Assembly: GCA_963752285.1 (NCBI GenBank)
Contig: CAVVXN010000005.1
Span: 1,920,001 to 1,984,000 of the forward strand
Source: an uncultured Planctomycetota bacterium
Lineage (GTDB): Bacteria > Planctomycetota > PLA2 > JAEUHO01
Reading direction: 5' to 3'
Length of the DNA: 64,000 nt
The notes below the pieces were generated by a model that was not told the origin of the DNA, did not search any database, and saw only the letters and a list, made by a program, of their open reading frames with translations. Below, piece after piece: positions 48,307-58,697 of this stretch (positions are counted from its first letter, which is position 1; each line of letters opens with the position of its first letter). The position numbers and the translations under genes are program-made.

Positions 48307-50268
48307 CTACCCGAACCGGATCCGCGGGTCGATGAACGCCCACACGAGGTCCGAGATGATGTTGCCCGTCAGGAGGATCAGCTCCAGGAACACGAGCTCG
48401 CCGAGGATGATCGGGTAGTCGCGCTGGATCAGCGCGTTGTAGCCGAGCAGCCCCATGCCGTCGATGTTGCAGGTCTTCTCGATGAGGAACGCGCCGGCGA
48501 AGAGGAGGCTCAGGGCGTAGCCCACGCCGGACGTGATCGGGATCAGCGAGTTCCTCAGCGCGTGGACGAAGATCACGCGCCGCTCGGGCAGGCCCTTCGC
48601 GAACGCGGTCCGGACGTAGTCCTTGCCGAGATTCTCGAGCAGGGAGTTCTTCATGAGGATCGTCATCGTGGCGAAGCTGCCGACCATGTAGCCCGCGACG
48701 GGGATCAGCATGTGGCGCACCCGGCCGACGAACGAGTCCCACCACCCGAGCTGGTCGATGTTGGACGGCTTGTACCCGCCGAGGGGCAGCCAGTCCACGT
48801 GGACCGCGACCTGCGACAGGAGGATCAGGCAGAGCACGAAGCCCGGGATCGCATACCCGAGGAACACGACGAACGACGTCATGGCGTCGATCACCGTGCG
48901 GTGCTTGATCGCCTTCAGCACGCCGAGGGGCACGCACACGATCCAGGTGAGGAAGTACCCGATCAGCCCGAACTGGACCGAGACCTCCATGCGCGACCCG
49001 ATCAACGACAGGACCGGCTCGTTGTAGGTGTACGACTGCCCGAAGTCGAGCTCGAAGATTCCGCTCAGCCGGTAGTCCACACGGTAGAGGATCCCGTCCT
49101 CCGTCATGTCGTAGCCGTAGCGGTCGGCCAGACGCGCGATCTCGTCGTTCGCCGCGCGACGCGTCGCGAGGAGGCTCTCCACGACCCGCATGACCTCGGG
49201 GTGCGCCTCCCGCCACGCGTCGTCCACGCGCTCGAAGTACACGCCGCCCCGCCACGTGAAGCCGCGCTTCTCCAGGTACGCGAGGAGCTCGTCCCGCTTG
49301 CCGAACCCCTTCTCCACGAGCTCGTCGGCCCGGGTGAAGAAGGCGGCGTTCTCGGGGCGGGCCCGCTCGTCCTTCCCCGCGGGACGGTAGAGGTCGCCGC
49401 GGTACACGATGAACCCCTCGGCGTCGAGGCGATCGCCGATCCTCCGGTCGGCCTCGGACCGCACGTCCTGGAGGTCCCGGAGGACCCGGAAGGGCACCGC
49501 GAGCGGCTTCTGCGTGAGGTCGAGGTAGTACCCCGTCTCCGCCTCGGCCTTCGCCGCCTCGGCCCGCGCGTCCACGAGCGCGGCGAGGAGCGCCTTCGTG
49601 CCCTCGGGCCACCCGGACTCCGGGACGACCTCGAGGACGCGCCGGACCTCCTGGTCCTCGCCTTCCTCGTCCGTCTCGTGGCGCACGTCGAGGACGTACC
49701 CCTTCGACACGAGGAAGGCCGAGAGCTCGGGTCGTTCGCCGAAGGTCGTCTCGAAGAGATCCTCGGTCTCCTTCTGGACGTCGTCCGGGAGCGCGTCGGG
49801 CTCGACGGGCCGGCCGATCCGCCCGCGCGCCTCGGCCAGGCCCGCCGGGTCGAGCGACGCCGCGAGGGCCGCCCGGGCCTTCTCGACCGCCGCGTCGGCC
49901 GCGCCGAGGCGCGCGAGCGCGTCGGCGTGGACGTGCGGGTCCACCGGGGGCACGCGGTGACGGACCTCGCGGGGCCACACGCCGAGCCACTGGAGGTAGC
50001 CCACGGGGATCGAGCGGTCGAGCGCGTAGTAGCGCTCGAGCTCGCGCATGGACGACTCGTCGAGCTGGAGGCCCGTCTCCTGGCCGATACCGCCGCCGTG
50101 GGAGCCGCCCTCGCCGCCCATCGCCTTCAGCTTGCTCGCCGCCTCGGCCTGCTCGATCGGACCGCCCGGCACGACGCGGAGCACCGCGTACACCAGGAAC
50201 GTGATCACGAAGAACGTGATCGGCACGAGCAGGAACCGCCGCAGGAAGTAGGCCGACATCCCGCTCAC
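48307..50268 (-). CDS. Peptide ABC transporter permease (YejB/OppB-like) with a large extracytoplasmic insertion
   Basis: YFLRRFLL, PGGPIEQ, LDFGQS, DYVRTAFAKGL, HALRNSLIP, RDYP, IDPRIRF; 653 aa; alternative start ATG 50259. Confidence 0.88.
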   Translation of the reverse strand: MSGMSAYFLRRFLLVPITFFVITFLVYAVLRVVPGGPIEQAEAASKLKAMGGEGGSHGGGIGQETGLQLDESSMRELERYYALDRSIPVGYLQWLGVWPREVRHRVPPVDPHVHADALARLGAADAAVEKARAALAASLDPAGLAEARGRIGRPVEPDALPDDVQKETEDLFETTFGERPELSAFLVSKGYVLDVRHETDEEGEDQEVRRVLEVVPESGWPEGTKALLAALVDARAEAAKAEAETGYYLDLTQKPLAVPFRVLRDLQDVRSEADRRIGDRLDAEGFIVYRGDLYRPAGKDERARPENAAFFTRADELVEKGFGKRDELLAYLEKRGFTWRGGVYFERVDDAWREAHPEVMRVVESLLATRRAANDEIARLADRYGYDMTEDGILYRVDYRLSGIFELDFGQSYTYNEPVLSLIGSRMEVSVQFGLIGYFLTWIVCVPLGVLKAIKHRTVIDAMTSFVVFLGYAIPGFVLCLILLSQVAVHVDWLPLGGYKPSNIDQLGWWDSFVGRVRHMLIPVAGYMVGSFATMTILMKNSLLENLGKDYVRTAFAKGLPERRVIFVHALRNSLIPITSGVGYALSLLFAGAFLIEKTCNIDGMGLLGYNALIQRDYPIILGELVFLELILLTGNIISDLVWAFIDPRIRFG

Positions 50269-50308
50269 CGACGTCCTCCGCGCCGCGCCGCCCCGCCGCG
50301 AGCCCGGC

Positions 50309-52357
50309 TCACCGAGACGGCTCCGGAACGAGGGTCCCCCCCTCGGAGACCGGGGTGTTCGCCATCGGGAGGTCGTGGTCGTTCCACCACGTCTGCTCGG
50401 GGTCGTCCTCCTGGTCGAGGCCCCACGGGGAGTCCGGGTAGGTCGGCAGGTTCGCCGACCGGTTGTGCAGCATGCGTTGCTCCCGCTCGGGATCGGCCCA
50501 CCAGTAGGACATCAGGTTCGTGAGGTCGTCGGTGACCCGTGCGGCGTACTCCGGGGGATGCCCGAACTTGTCCCAGTAGAGGATGCGGAAGTAGGGGGCG
50601 TACCACGCGAGGGCGTACATGTGCGTGTCGAAGAGGATTTCGTCGATCCGCTGGAGCATGCGCATCCGCGCCTTCGCGTCCCACTCGGTCCGGTACTTCA
50701 CGCAGAGGTCGTCGATCTCCTTGTTCTTCAGACCGTTCAGGTTGTTCGAGCCCTTCTGGTCGGCGTAGATCGAGTGGAGCTCCTCGTAGGGCTCCGGGAA
50801 GAGGCTCGCGCTCCAGAACCACCACGCGACCTTGAACTTGAAGTCCCAGACCTTCTTCAGGAGGGACGCGTCGTCGAGGAGCTTCAGCTCCATCTTGATG
50901 CCGGCCTCGTTGAAGAGGTCGTTCGTGACGACGCCGAAGATCCGGATCCACGAGTCGCTCGAGAACTCGAGCGTCAGGGTCGGGAAGCGCTCGCCGCGGT
51001 CGTTCACCAGGAAGCCGGCCTTGTCCCGGTGCGTCCATCCCTCCTCGGCGAGGAGCGCGCGGGCCTTCGCCGGATCGTAACGCACCCGCTCGGCGTTCGG
51101 CCGGGCCCACTTCTGTCCGGGCCAGTACGAGTCCATGTACAGGTACTGGTGGAACAGGATCTTGTCGAAGAGCTTCTCGCGGTTGAACAGATGGGCGAAC
51201 GCGAGGCGCACGTTCCGTTTGTCGAACGGCGGCTCCCGCAGGTTGAAGCAGAACCCGCCGTAGCCCTCCGGGACCTTGTAGTAGATCTTCCGCTTCTGGA
51301 TCCAGCCCATCCGGACGGCGTGCTCGGCGTTCACCTCCTCGACCCAGCGCTGCGCGCGGCTGACGAGGTAGACGTCGATCTCCCCCGCGAGGAACTTCGT
51401 GTACATGAGCTCGAAGTCGCGGACGATCTGCCACTCGATCTCGTCGAAGTTGCAGGTGCCGCGGTTCTGCGCGAGGTCCCGCCCCCACCAGTCGGCCCGG
51501 CGGTGGAGCGTGATGGCGCGGCCCTTCTTCACGTCGGCGGAGCGGATCTCGTAGGGACCGCTCCCGGGCGGCAGCTTCCAGTTCCAGTCCTGGATGTACG
51601 TCTCCCCGTCCATGCGGATGTAGGCCGCGGGGTAGATGAACTGGTTCCCGATCTCGAGGAGCGCGCGCCACCGCGCCTCCTTCGTGCGGATCTCGACGGT
51701 CAGGCGGTCGAGGACGTGGACGTACTCGACCAGCTGGTTCCACTTCGTGCAGACGAGCGGGTCCTTCCGGTCCGGATTGCGGAGGTGCTCGACCGTCGCC
51801 AGGACGTCGTCCGCGGTGACGGGCCGGCCGTCGGCCCACCGCGCCCGCTCGTCGATGCGGAAGCGGTACGTCCGCTTGTCGGGGTCCACCTGCCAGTAGC
51901 GGGCGAGCCCGGGCACGAACTCGAGGCTCACCGGGTCGATCCCGAGGAGCGTCTCGTAGACCATCGACTGCAGCTGGAAGGTGAGGAGGAGCCTCGAGTT
52001 CGGCCCCTCGGTCCGGAGCGTCGGGGGCCAGTCGGTCGTGGCGAGGACGAGCCGGCCGCCCGGCTTCGCACGGGGGTCGCCGATCGACGGCGCCGGGGGG
52101 TTCGTCTGCCACGCGCTCGGGTCGAAGGGCAGGTCGGGGGGAAAGGTCGGGTCGTAGCCCTCGCCCGGGACCGGGGGCGCGTCGAGCGGGACCGTCGCGA
52201 GCCGCTCCGCCGCCTGGGCGAGGGCGTCCGGGGTGGAGGCGTCGCGGAGGCCCATGCGACCGAGGACGTCGGCGCTCGGGGGGGCGGGAGGAGCCGACCG
52301 GCCGCCGCACCCCACGAGGAGCAGGAGCGCGGCGAGAAGGAGGGAGCGCGTGGGCAC
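50309..52357 (-). CDS. Peptide ABC transporter solute-binding lipoprotein (YejA-like, SBP family 5)
   Basis: Lipobox LVGC, AKPGGRL, ARWADGRPVTADDV, GSGPY, NFDEI, YWDKFGHP; alternative start ATG 52387. Confidence 0.88.
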   Translation of the reverse strand: MPTRSLLLAALLLLVGCGGRSAPPAPPSADVLGRMGLRDASTPDALAQAAERLATVPLDAPPVPGEGYDPTFPPDLPFDPSAWQTNPPAPSIGDPRAKPGGRLVLATTDWPPTLRTEGPNSRLLLTFQLQSMVYETLLGIDPVSLEFVPGLARYWQVDPDKRTYRFRIDERARWADGRPVTADDVLATVEHLRNPDRKDPLVCTKWNQLVEYVHVLDRLTVEIRTKEARWRALLEIGNQFIYPAAYIRMDGETYIQDWNWKLPPGSGPYEIRSADVKKGRAITLHRRADWWGRDLAQNRGTCNFDEIEWQIVRDFELMYTKFLAGEIDVYLVSRAQRWVEEVNAEHAVRMGWIQKRKIYYKVPEGYGGFCFNLREPPFDKRNVRLAFAHLFNREKLFDKILFHQYLYMDSYWPGQKWARPNAERVRYDPAKARALLAEEGWTHRDKAGFLVNDRGERFPTLTLEFSSDSWIRIFGVVTNDLFNEAGIKMELKLLDDASLLKKVWDFKFKVAWWFWSASLFPEPYEELHSIYADQKGSNNLNGLKNKEIDDLCVKYRTEWDAKARMRMLQRIDEILFDTHMYALAWYAPYFRILYWDKFGHPPEYAARVTDDLTNLMSYWWADPEREQRMLHNRSANLPTYPDSPWGLDQEDDPEQTWWNDHDLPMANTPVSEGGTLVPEPSR

Positions 52358-52482
52358 GGGCGGGTCCTCGAAGGCGCGGCGCGGCATTCTACGGGCGTTC
52401 CCGCGGCGCCGCGGGAACGGGATTCCAAGGCGCGGCCCCGGACGTTCTCGAGACACTCGGCGTCGCCCGGAGGAGCTCCGTC

Positions 52483-53619
52483 GTGTCGCATCTTCTGACC
52501 CTCGCGCTCGTGTTCCTGCTCTTCGTCGCCCTCGCCCCGCTCCACGCCGAGGAGGGCGCGGAGGACGAGGACCCGCTCGCGCTCGTCGAACGCCTCCTCG
52601 AGCGGCCGCCCGCGACCGGGCTCCTCGTGCGGTTCGTCGCGGAGTCGAGCGCCGCCGCGGCGGCCGCGGTCCGGGTCGGCGACACGCTCGTCTCGTACGA
52701 CGGCCTGCCGGCCACGACGATCCAAACGGTCGCCGAGGCGAAGGCCAAGGCCTCCGCCGCCGGAAAGGAGTCCGTGACGGTGGTCCTCGCGGGTCCCACC
52801 GGGACACGGCGCGAGGTCACCGTCGCGACCGGCAGCCTGGGGGTCGGCCTGATCCCCGTCGAGGCCGGGAAGCCCGCCTCCGCGCTGCCTCCCGCGACCG
52901 AGAAGGACCTGCCCGCCGCGGCCTTCCCGCCCCCGCCGCGGGACGATTGGTACGCGTTCCTCCACGGACAGGACCAGTGGGGGTTCGAGCACGGGCTCGT
53001 GAAGCTCGACGGTGACGCGCTCGTCGTGCGCCGCGAGGTGGCCTTCGACGGCGGGGCCGAGTGGGGTCTCAACCACTTCGACGTCACGATCCGCGTCTCG
53101 CGGGAGCACCCCCTCGACGTCCGTTCCCTCGTCTTCGACACGCCGCGCACCGCGTGGACCGCGCGGGGCGAGATGAGGCGGGGGCCGGAAGGCGGACGGA
53201 CCTGGCACGTCGCGGCGCACGGACCCGACGGAGCCGACGCCGAGGAGCACGACACCCGCGTGCCCGACGCGCTCCCGCTGATCCCCACCTACTACGTCGA
53301 GGTCCTCGCCTCCGCGATGCCCCGGAGGAAGGGCGCCTGCCTCCATTTCCGCCCCCTGGTGGACATGAACGGGACCTTGATGCTGCGGGAGGCCCTCTAC
53401 GTGGTCGGCCCGGAGGAGGTTCTGGTCGGCGGGAAGCCCGTCGCAGCGTGGCGCGTCGAGGACCGGCGCCTCGGCGGCGAACTCGGCTCGACCTTCTGGG
53501 TGGCGGAGGACGGCCAGGTCGTGCGCGCCGACTACGGCGGCCCCGTCGCGTCGCTCACCACGAAGGCGAAGGCGATCGAGCACCTCCATCCCGACCTTCG
53601 CCCCCGTTCGGCCGACTGA
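52483..53619 (+). CDS. Secreted PDZ-domain protein
   Basis: Signal peptide, GLLVRFVAESSAA...VRVGDTLVSYDG (PDZ-like), beta-rich C-terminal domain; GGAGGA RBS. Confidence 0.65.
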   Translation: MSHLLTLALVFLLFVALAPLHAEEGAEDEDPLALVERLLERPPATGLLVRFVAESSAAAAAAVRVGDTLVSYDGLPATTIQTVAEAKAKASAAGKESVTVVLAGPTGTRREVTVATGSLGVGLIPVEAGKPASALPPATEKDLPAAAFPPPPRDDWYAFLHGQDQWGFEHGLVKLDGDALVVRREVAFDGGAEWGLNHFDVTIRVSREHPLDVRSLVFDTPRTAWTARGEMRRGPEGGRTWHVAAHGPDGADAEEHDTRVPDALPLIPTYYVEVLASAMPRRKGACLHFRPLVDMNGTLMLREALYVVGPEEVLVGGKPVAAWRVEDRRLGGELGSTFWVAEDGQVVRADYGGPVASLTTKAKAIEHLHPDLRPRSAD

Positions 53620-53718
53620 AGCGCGAAACCTCCGCGCCCGCGCTGGCCCCCGCCGGCCAGGTCCCTACCCTCGACGGATCGACGCCCCTCGCGCGGCGTC
53701 GCGACGAACGGGGTCCAC

Positions 53719-54882
53719 GTGGCACGGGCGAAGACCATCGCGGTCCTGACGGGCGGCGGCGACGTCCCGGGGCTCAACCCCTGCATCAAGACGATCACCG
53801 CCCGCGCGGTGGACGAGGGCATCCGGGTCCTCGGGATCCGGCGGGGCTGGGCGGGACTCCTCGAGCTCGACCCGGACGGCCTCGGGAACCGCGACGCGTG
53901 CGTCGTCGGGCTCGACAAGAAGAACACGCGTACGATCGACCGGACCGGCGGCACCTTCCTCCACACCTCGCGCACGAACCCCTCGCGCGTGAAGGGCGCC
54001 CGCGCCCCCGCGTTCCTCCGGGACCGCGCGCCCGATCCCGACGCGACGTACGACTTCACCGACTCCGTCCTCCGCGGGCTCGAGGCCCTTGGCGTGGACG
54101 TGCTGGTGCCCATCGGGGGCGACGACACCCTCTCGTTCGGCGAGCGGCTCCACCGCGAAGGGTTTCCCGTGGTGGCCGTGCCGAAGACGATGGACAACGA
54201 CGTCTTCGGCACGGACTACTGCATCGGCTTCTCGACGGCCGTGACCCGGAGCGTCGAGTTCATCCACCAGCTGAGGACCTCGGCGGGGTCGCACGAGCGG
54301 ATCGCGGTCGTCGAGCTGTTCGGCCGCTACTGCGGCGAGACCTGTCTCGTGTCCGGGTACCTCGCGGGCGTGGACCGCGCGGTGATCTCGGAGGTGCCGT
54401 TCGACGTCGAGCGCCTGGCGACGCTCGTGATGGAGGACAAGCGCGCGAACCCGAGCAACTACGCGATGGTCGCGATCTCGGAGGGCGCGCGGCCGACCGG
54501 GGGACAGATGTCGCTCCGGGGCGAGGCCGACGACTACGGCCACCGCAAGCTCGGCGGGATCGGCATGGAGACCGGCGAGGCCTTGAAGCGCCTGACGGGC
54601 GAGCACGTGATCTTCCAGCCGCTGTCCTACCTGATGCGGTCGGGCGCGCCCGACTCCCTCGACCTCATGGTGGCGGTGAACTACGCGAACCTCGCGGTCG
54701 CGCTCGTGGCGCGCGAGAGCTACGGCCGCCTCGTGGCCCTCGACGACGGACGGTACGGCGACGTGCCGCTCGAGACGATCTCGTCCGGGAAGAAGCGCGT
54801 GGACGTCGAGGAGCTGTACGACCCGGACGAGTACCGGCCGAAGGTCCGCCACGTGCCGGGAAAGCCGATGTTCCTGTACTGA
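53719..54882 (+). CDS. pfkA: 6-phosphofructokinase, PPi-dependent signature
   Basis: [25 protein letters not shown] (Asp at the G104-equivalent), PKTMDND (Lys at the G124-equivalent). Confidence 0.9.
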   Translation: MARAKTIAVLTGGGDVPGLNPCIKTITARAVDEGIRVLGIRRGWAGLLELDPDGLGNRDACVVGLDKKNTRTIDRTGGTFLHTSRTNPSRVKGARAPAFLRDRAPDPDATYDFTDSVLRGLEALGVDVLVPIGGDDTLSFGERLHREGFPVVAVPKTMDNDVFGTDYCIGFSTAVTRSVEFIHQLRTSAGSHERIAVVELFGRYCGETCLVSGYLAGVDRAVISEVPFDVERLATLVMEDKRANPSNYAMVAISEGARPTGGQMSLRGEADDYGHRKLGGIGMETGEALKRLTGEHVIFQPLSYLMRSGAPDSLDLMVAVNYANLAVALVARESYGRLVALDDGRYGDVPLETISSGKKRVDVEELYDPDEYRPKVRHVPGKPMFLY

Positions 54883-55000
54883 CCGCCGCGGCGCGTTCGT
54901 CGTACGCGCGCGACGAGCACCGCGAATGTCCTCCCGCCCGCGGCGCACGGCGGGTTGAATGCGATGTACGCCGCGTGGCGCGCGGCGGCAGGAGGTCGTC

Positions 55001-56323
55001 ATGGCGCGGCGAACGAAGGTCGTCATCCTCGGGGCGGGCGGCCGGGACTTCCAGGTCTTCAACACGATCTACCGGAACGACCCCGCGACGGAGGTCGTGG
55101 CGTTCACCGCCGCGCAGATCCCCCACATCGACCACCGGACGTACCCGAGCGAGCTCGCGGGGCCGCTCTACCCGAAGGGCATCGAGATCGTCCCGGAGGC
55201 CGACCTCGAGGCTCTGATCCGCGACCGGGGCGTCGAGAAGGCGATCTTCGCGTACAGCGACGTGACGTACGCGTACGTGGACGCGATGGCAGAGCGCGTG
55301 AAGAAGGCCGGCGCGACCCTCGAACCCTTCGACCCGGCGCGCACCATGATCCACGGGGAGAAGCCGTGCGTGGCCGTCTGCGCGGTCCGGACGGGCTGCG
55401 GCAAGAGCGCCCTCTCACGCTACGTCATGGAGATCCTGGCCGGGATGGGCCACCATCCGGCCGCGCTCCGGCACCCCATGCCGTATGGCGACCTCGCGAA
55501 GCAGGCCGTGCAGCGGTTCGCCCGGCTCGAGGACCTGGCCACGGAGCACTGCACGATCGAGGAGATGGAGGAGTACGAGCCCCACATCCGGGCGGGGAAC
55601 GTCGTGTTCGCCGGCGCGGACTACGCCGCGATCCTCGCCGCCGCCGAGAAGGAGGCCGACGTGATCGTCTGGGACGGCGGCAACAACGACACGCCGTTCG
55701 TCGAGCCGGACCTGATGATCACGGTTCTCGACCCGCTCCGCGCGGGCGACGAGCTCCGCTACTTCCCGGCGCGGTGGAACCTGGAGCACGCCGACGTCCT
55801 CGTGATCGGCAAGCACGACGAGGCCACCCCGGAGGGGCTCGCGACGCTTCGCGAGAGCATTCGGACGCACAACCCGAAGGCTGTCGTCGTGGAGGGGCGA
55901 AACCCGATCACGCTCGCCGACGCGGCGGCCGTCACGGGCAAGCGCGTGCTCGTCGTGGAGGACGGCCCTACGACCACGCACGGCGGCATGGGCTACGGCG
56001 CGGGCTGGCTGGCGGCCAAACGGGCGCGCGCCGCAGAGATCGTGGACCCGCGGCCGTACGTGAGCGGCGAGATCGCCGACGCGTTCCGGAAGTACCCGCA
56101 CGTCCGCGAGGTGCTCCCGGCCCTCGGATACGGCGACGCCCAGCTCCACGACCTCGCGGCGACGATCGAGCGCGTGCCGTGCGACGTCGTCGTGATCGGG
56201 ACGCCCATCGACCTGTCGCGCGTGCTCCGGATCTCGAAGCCGTGGGTCCGCGTGACCTACACGTTCGAGGAGACCGGCGGGACCCGCCTCGCCGACCTGC
56301 TGCGCGCGCGGTTCCCCGTCTGA
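55001..56323 (+). CDS. COG2403 P-loop protein (cyclic 2,3-diphosphoglycerate synthetase-like; ArcE arginine synthetase-like)
   Basis: VILGAGGRDF, FTAAQIP, RTGCGKS, RHPMPYG, EEMEEYEPH, WDGGNNDTP, EDGPTTTHGGM; GGAGG RBS. Confidence 0.85.
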   Translation: MARRTKVVILGAGGRDFQVFNTIYRNDPATEVVAFTAAQIPHIDHRTYPSELAGPLYPKGIEIVPEADLEALIRDRGVEKAIFAYSDVTYAYVDAMAERVKKAGATLEPFDPARTMIHGEKPCVAVCAVRTGCGKSALSRYVMEILAGMGHHPAALRHPMPYGDLAKQAVQRFARLEDLATEHCTIEEMEEYEPHIRAGNVVFAGADYAAILAAAEKEADVIVWDGGNNDTPFVEPDLMITVLDPLRAGDELRYFPARWNLEHADVLVIGKHDEATPEGLATLRESIRTHNPKAVVVEGRNPITLADAAAVTGKRVLVVEDGPTTTHGGMGYGAGWLAAKRARAAEIVDPRPYVSGEIADAFRKYPHVREVLPALGYGDAQLHDLAATIERVPCDVVVIGTPIDLSRVLRISKPWVRVTYTFEETGGTRLADLLRARFPV

Positions 56324-56385
56324 CCGGGGCCCGTCGCACCGCCAGGCCCGCGGGGTAGAGTTGCCCCGCACGAGGAGGGTCATCG

Positions 56386-58644
56386 ATGGGCGAGGGCGGC
56401 GGGCGCTCGCTGGGCGTGCTTACGAGCGGCGGCGACGCGCCCGGTATGAACGCCGCGGTGCGCGCGGTCGTGCGGACGGCCCTGGACCGCGGCGTCCCCG
56501 TCTGGGGCATCCGCGAGGGCTACCAGGGCCTCGTCCGGGGCGGCGACCAGATCCAGCCGCTCGGGTGGGACGACGTCGGCGGGATCCTCCAGCGCGGCGG
56601 AACCGAGATCGGCAGCGCGCGTAGCGAGGCGTTCCGCACGCCCGACGGGCGCCGGGAGGCGGTGGCGCACCTCATCGAGCGCGACATCGAAGCGCTCGTG
56701 GTGATCGGCGGGGACGGCAGCCTCACCGGCGCCGACCTCCTGCGCCGCGAGTGGTCGGAGCACCTCGCGGCGCTCGTCGCCGCGGGCCGGGTCCCCGCCG
56801 CGAGGGCGGAGCGGCACGAGCGCCTGACGATCGTGGGTCTGGTCGGGTCGATCGACAACGACATGGCCGGGACCGACGTGACGATCGGCGCGGACACGGC
56901 CCTCCACCGCATCACGGAGGCCATCGACGCGATCTCGAGCACGGCCGCGAGCCACCAGCGGACGTTCCTGGTCGAGGTGATGGGCCGGCGGTGCGGCTAC
57001 CTGGCGCTCATGAGCGCGCTCGCGACGGCCGCCGACTGGGTGTTGATCCCCGAGAGCCCGCCCGACGTCGAGGACTGGAAGGAGACGATGTGCCAGCGCC
57101 TCCTCGCGGGGCGCGCGGCGGGCCGGCGCGCGAGCATCGTGGTCGTGGCGGAGGGCGCGATCGACCGCGACGGGAAGCCGATCCCGGTACGCGAGGTGGT
57201 GGAGGCGCTGGAAGAGCGGCTCGGCCAGGAGGTCCGGGTCACCACCCTCGGCCACGTGCAGCGGGGCGGGAGGCCCACCGCGTTCGACCGCAACATGAGC
57301 ACGTTCCTCGGTCACGCGGCGGCCGAGGAGGCGCTCGACGAGTCGATCCGGGGCCAGGCCCGGATGATCGGGCTCGCCGAGAACCGGATCGTGAGGCGCC
57401 CGCTCCTCGAGTGCGTGCGGGAGACCCAGGCGGTGGCCGAGGCGATCGAGGCGCGCGCGTACGAGAAGGTCCTCGCGCTCCGCGGCGCGGGCTTCGCGGA
57501 CGCGTTCCGGACGTTGCGGACCCTGGCCCGCGCCCTCCCCCACGCGCCCCCGGCGGGACGACGGCGCCTCCGGATCGCGGTCCTCTGCGCGGGCGCGCCC
57601 GCGCCGGGCATGAACATGGCGGTGCGTGTGGCCGTGCGCCTCGGCCTGGACCGGGGGCACGTGATGTTCGGCGTGCGCCACGGCTTCGAGGGGCTGGTCG
57701 GGGGCCAGGTGCTCCCCCTCGACTGGATGAGCGTGAACGGATGGGCGTCCCGCGGCGGGGCCGAGCTCGGGACGAGCCGCCATGTGCCCCGCGGTCGCGA
57801 CCACTACGCGATCGCGCGCACGCTCGAGGCGAACGGCATCGACGGGCTCCTCGTGATCGGGGGCTACGAGGGCTACGAGTCGGCGCACGGCCTGCTCGAG
57901 CTGCGCGAGACCTTCCCGGCGTTCGACGTGCCGATCGCGTGCGTGCCGGCGAGCATCGACAACAACCTGCCGGGCTCCGAGATCAGCGTGGGCTCCGACA
58001 CGGCGCTCAACACGGTGGTCCGCGCGGTGGACGCGATCAAGCAGTACGCGGGCGCCACGCGGCGCGTGTTCGTGGTCGAGGTGATGGGCGCGCGATGCGG
58101 CTACCTCGCGTTCATGAGCGGGGTGGCGACCGGCGCGGAGCGCGTGTACCTGCCGGAAGAGGGCGTGACGCTCAAGGACATGGAGGCGGACCTCGCCGAC
58201 CTCGTGGAGGGATTCCACCGCGGGAAACGCCTGGGCGTCGTGATCCGGAACGAGCGCGCGAACGCCGTCTACGACACCGGGTTCATGACCGCGCTCTTCG
58301 AGGAGGAGGGCGGCAACCTCTTCCAGGTCCGAAGCTCGATCCTCGGCCACATGCAGCAGGGTGGCGACCCGACCCCGTTCGACCGGAACCTCGCGACGCG
58401 CCTCACGGGCCGTGCGATCGGGCGCCTGGACGAGGCGGGGCTCGCGGGACGAAGCGACGCGGTGTTCGTGGGCGTCGAGCGCGCGCGGATCGGCTTCCGA
58501 GAGCTCGCCGACCTCCCCCGGCTGCTCGACCCCGAGAACCGCCGGCCCTGGGAGCAGTGGTGGCTCGCGCTCCGCCCCCTCGTGCGCGTGATGTCGCAGC
58601 CCGGCCCCCGCGCCTCCCCGACCGCCCCCCCGCCCGCGGGGTAG
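56386..58644 (+). CDS. pfkA: ATP-dependent 6-phosphofructokinase, eukaryote-type tandem-duplicated form
   Basis: 752 aa with two PFK halves: TSGGDAPGMN/GGDGS/VGLVGSIDND/EVMGRRCG and GAPAPGMN/PASIDNN/GHMQQGGDPTPFDR. Confidence 0.92.
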   Translation: MGEGGGRSLGVLTSGGDAPGMNAAVRAVVRTALDRGVPVWGIREGYQGLVRGGDQIQPLGWDDVGGILQRGGTEIGSARSEAFRTPDGRREAVAHLIERDIEALVVIGGDGSLTGADLLRREWSEHLAALVAAGRVPAARAERHERLTIVGLVGSIDNDMAGTDVTIGADTALHRITEAIDAISSTAASHQRTFLVEVMGRRCGYLALMSALATAADWVLIPESPPDVEDWKETMCQRLLAGRAAGRRASIVVVAEGAIDRDGKPIPVREVVEALEERLGQEVRVTTLGHVQRGGRPTAFDRNMSTFLGHAAAEEALDESIRGQARMIGLAENRIVRRPLLECVRETQAVAEAIEARAYEKVLALRGAGFADAFRTLRTLARALPHAPPAGRRRLRIAVLCAGAPAPGMNMAVRVAVRLGLDRGHVMFGVRHGFEGLVGGQVLPLDWMSVNGWASRGGAELGTSRHVPRGRDHYAIARTLEANGIDGLLVIGGYEGYESAHGLLELRETFPAFDVPIACVPASIDNNLPGSEISVGSDTALNTVVRAVDAIKQYAGATRRVFVVEVMGARCGYLAFMSGVATGAERVYLPEEGVTLKDMEADLADLVEGFHRGKRLGVVIRNERANAVYDTGFMTALFEEEGGNLFQVRSSILGHMQQGGDPTPFDRNLATRLTGRAIGRLDEAGLAGRSDAVFVGVERARIGFRELADLPRLLDPENRRPWEQWWLALRPLVRVMSQPGPRASPTAPPPAG

Positions 58645-58697
58645 AGGATCCGCTCCGGGGCGCTCGATCGAAACCCCCGTCTTTTGAGGAGCGAGCC

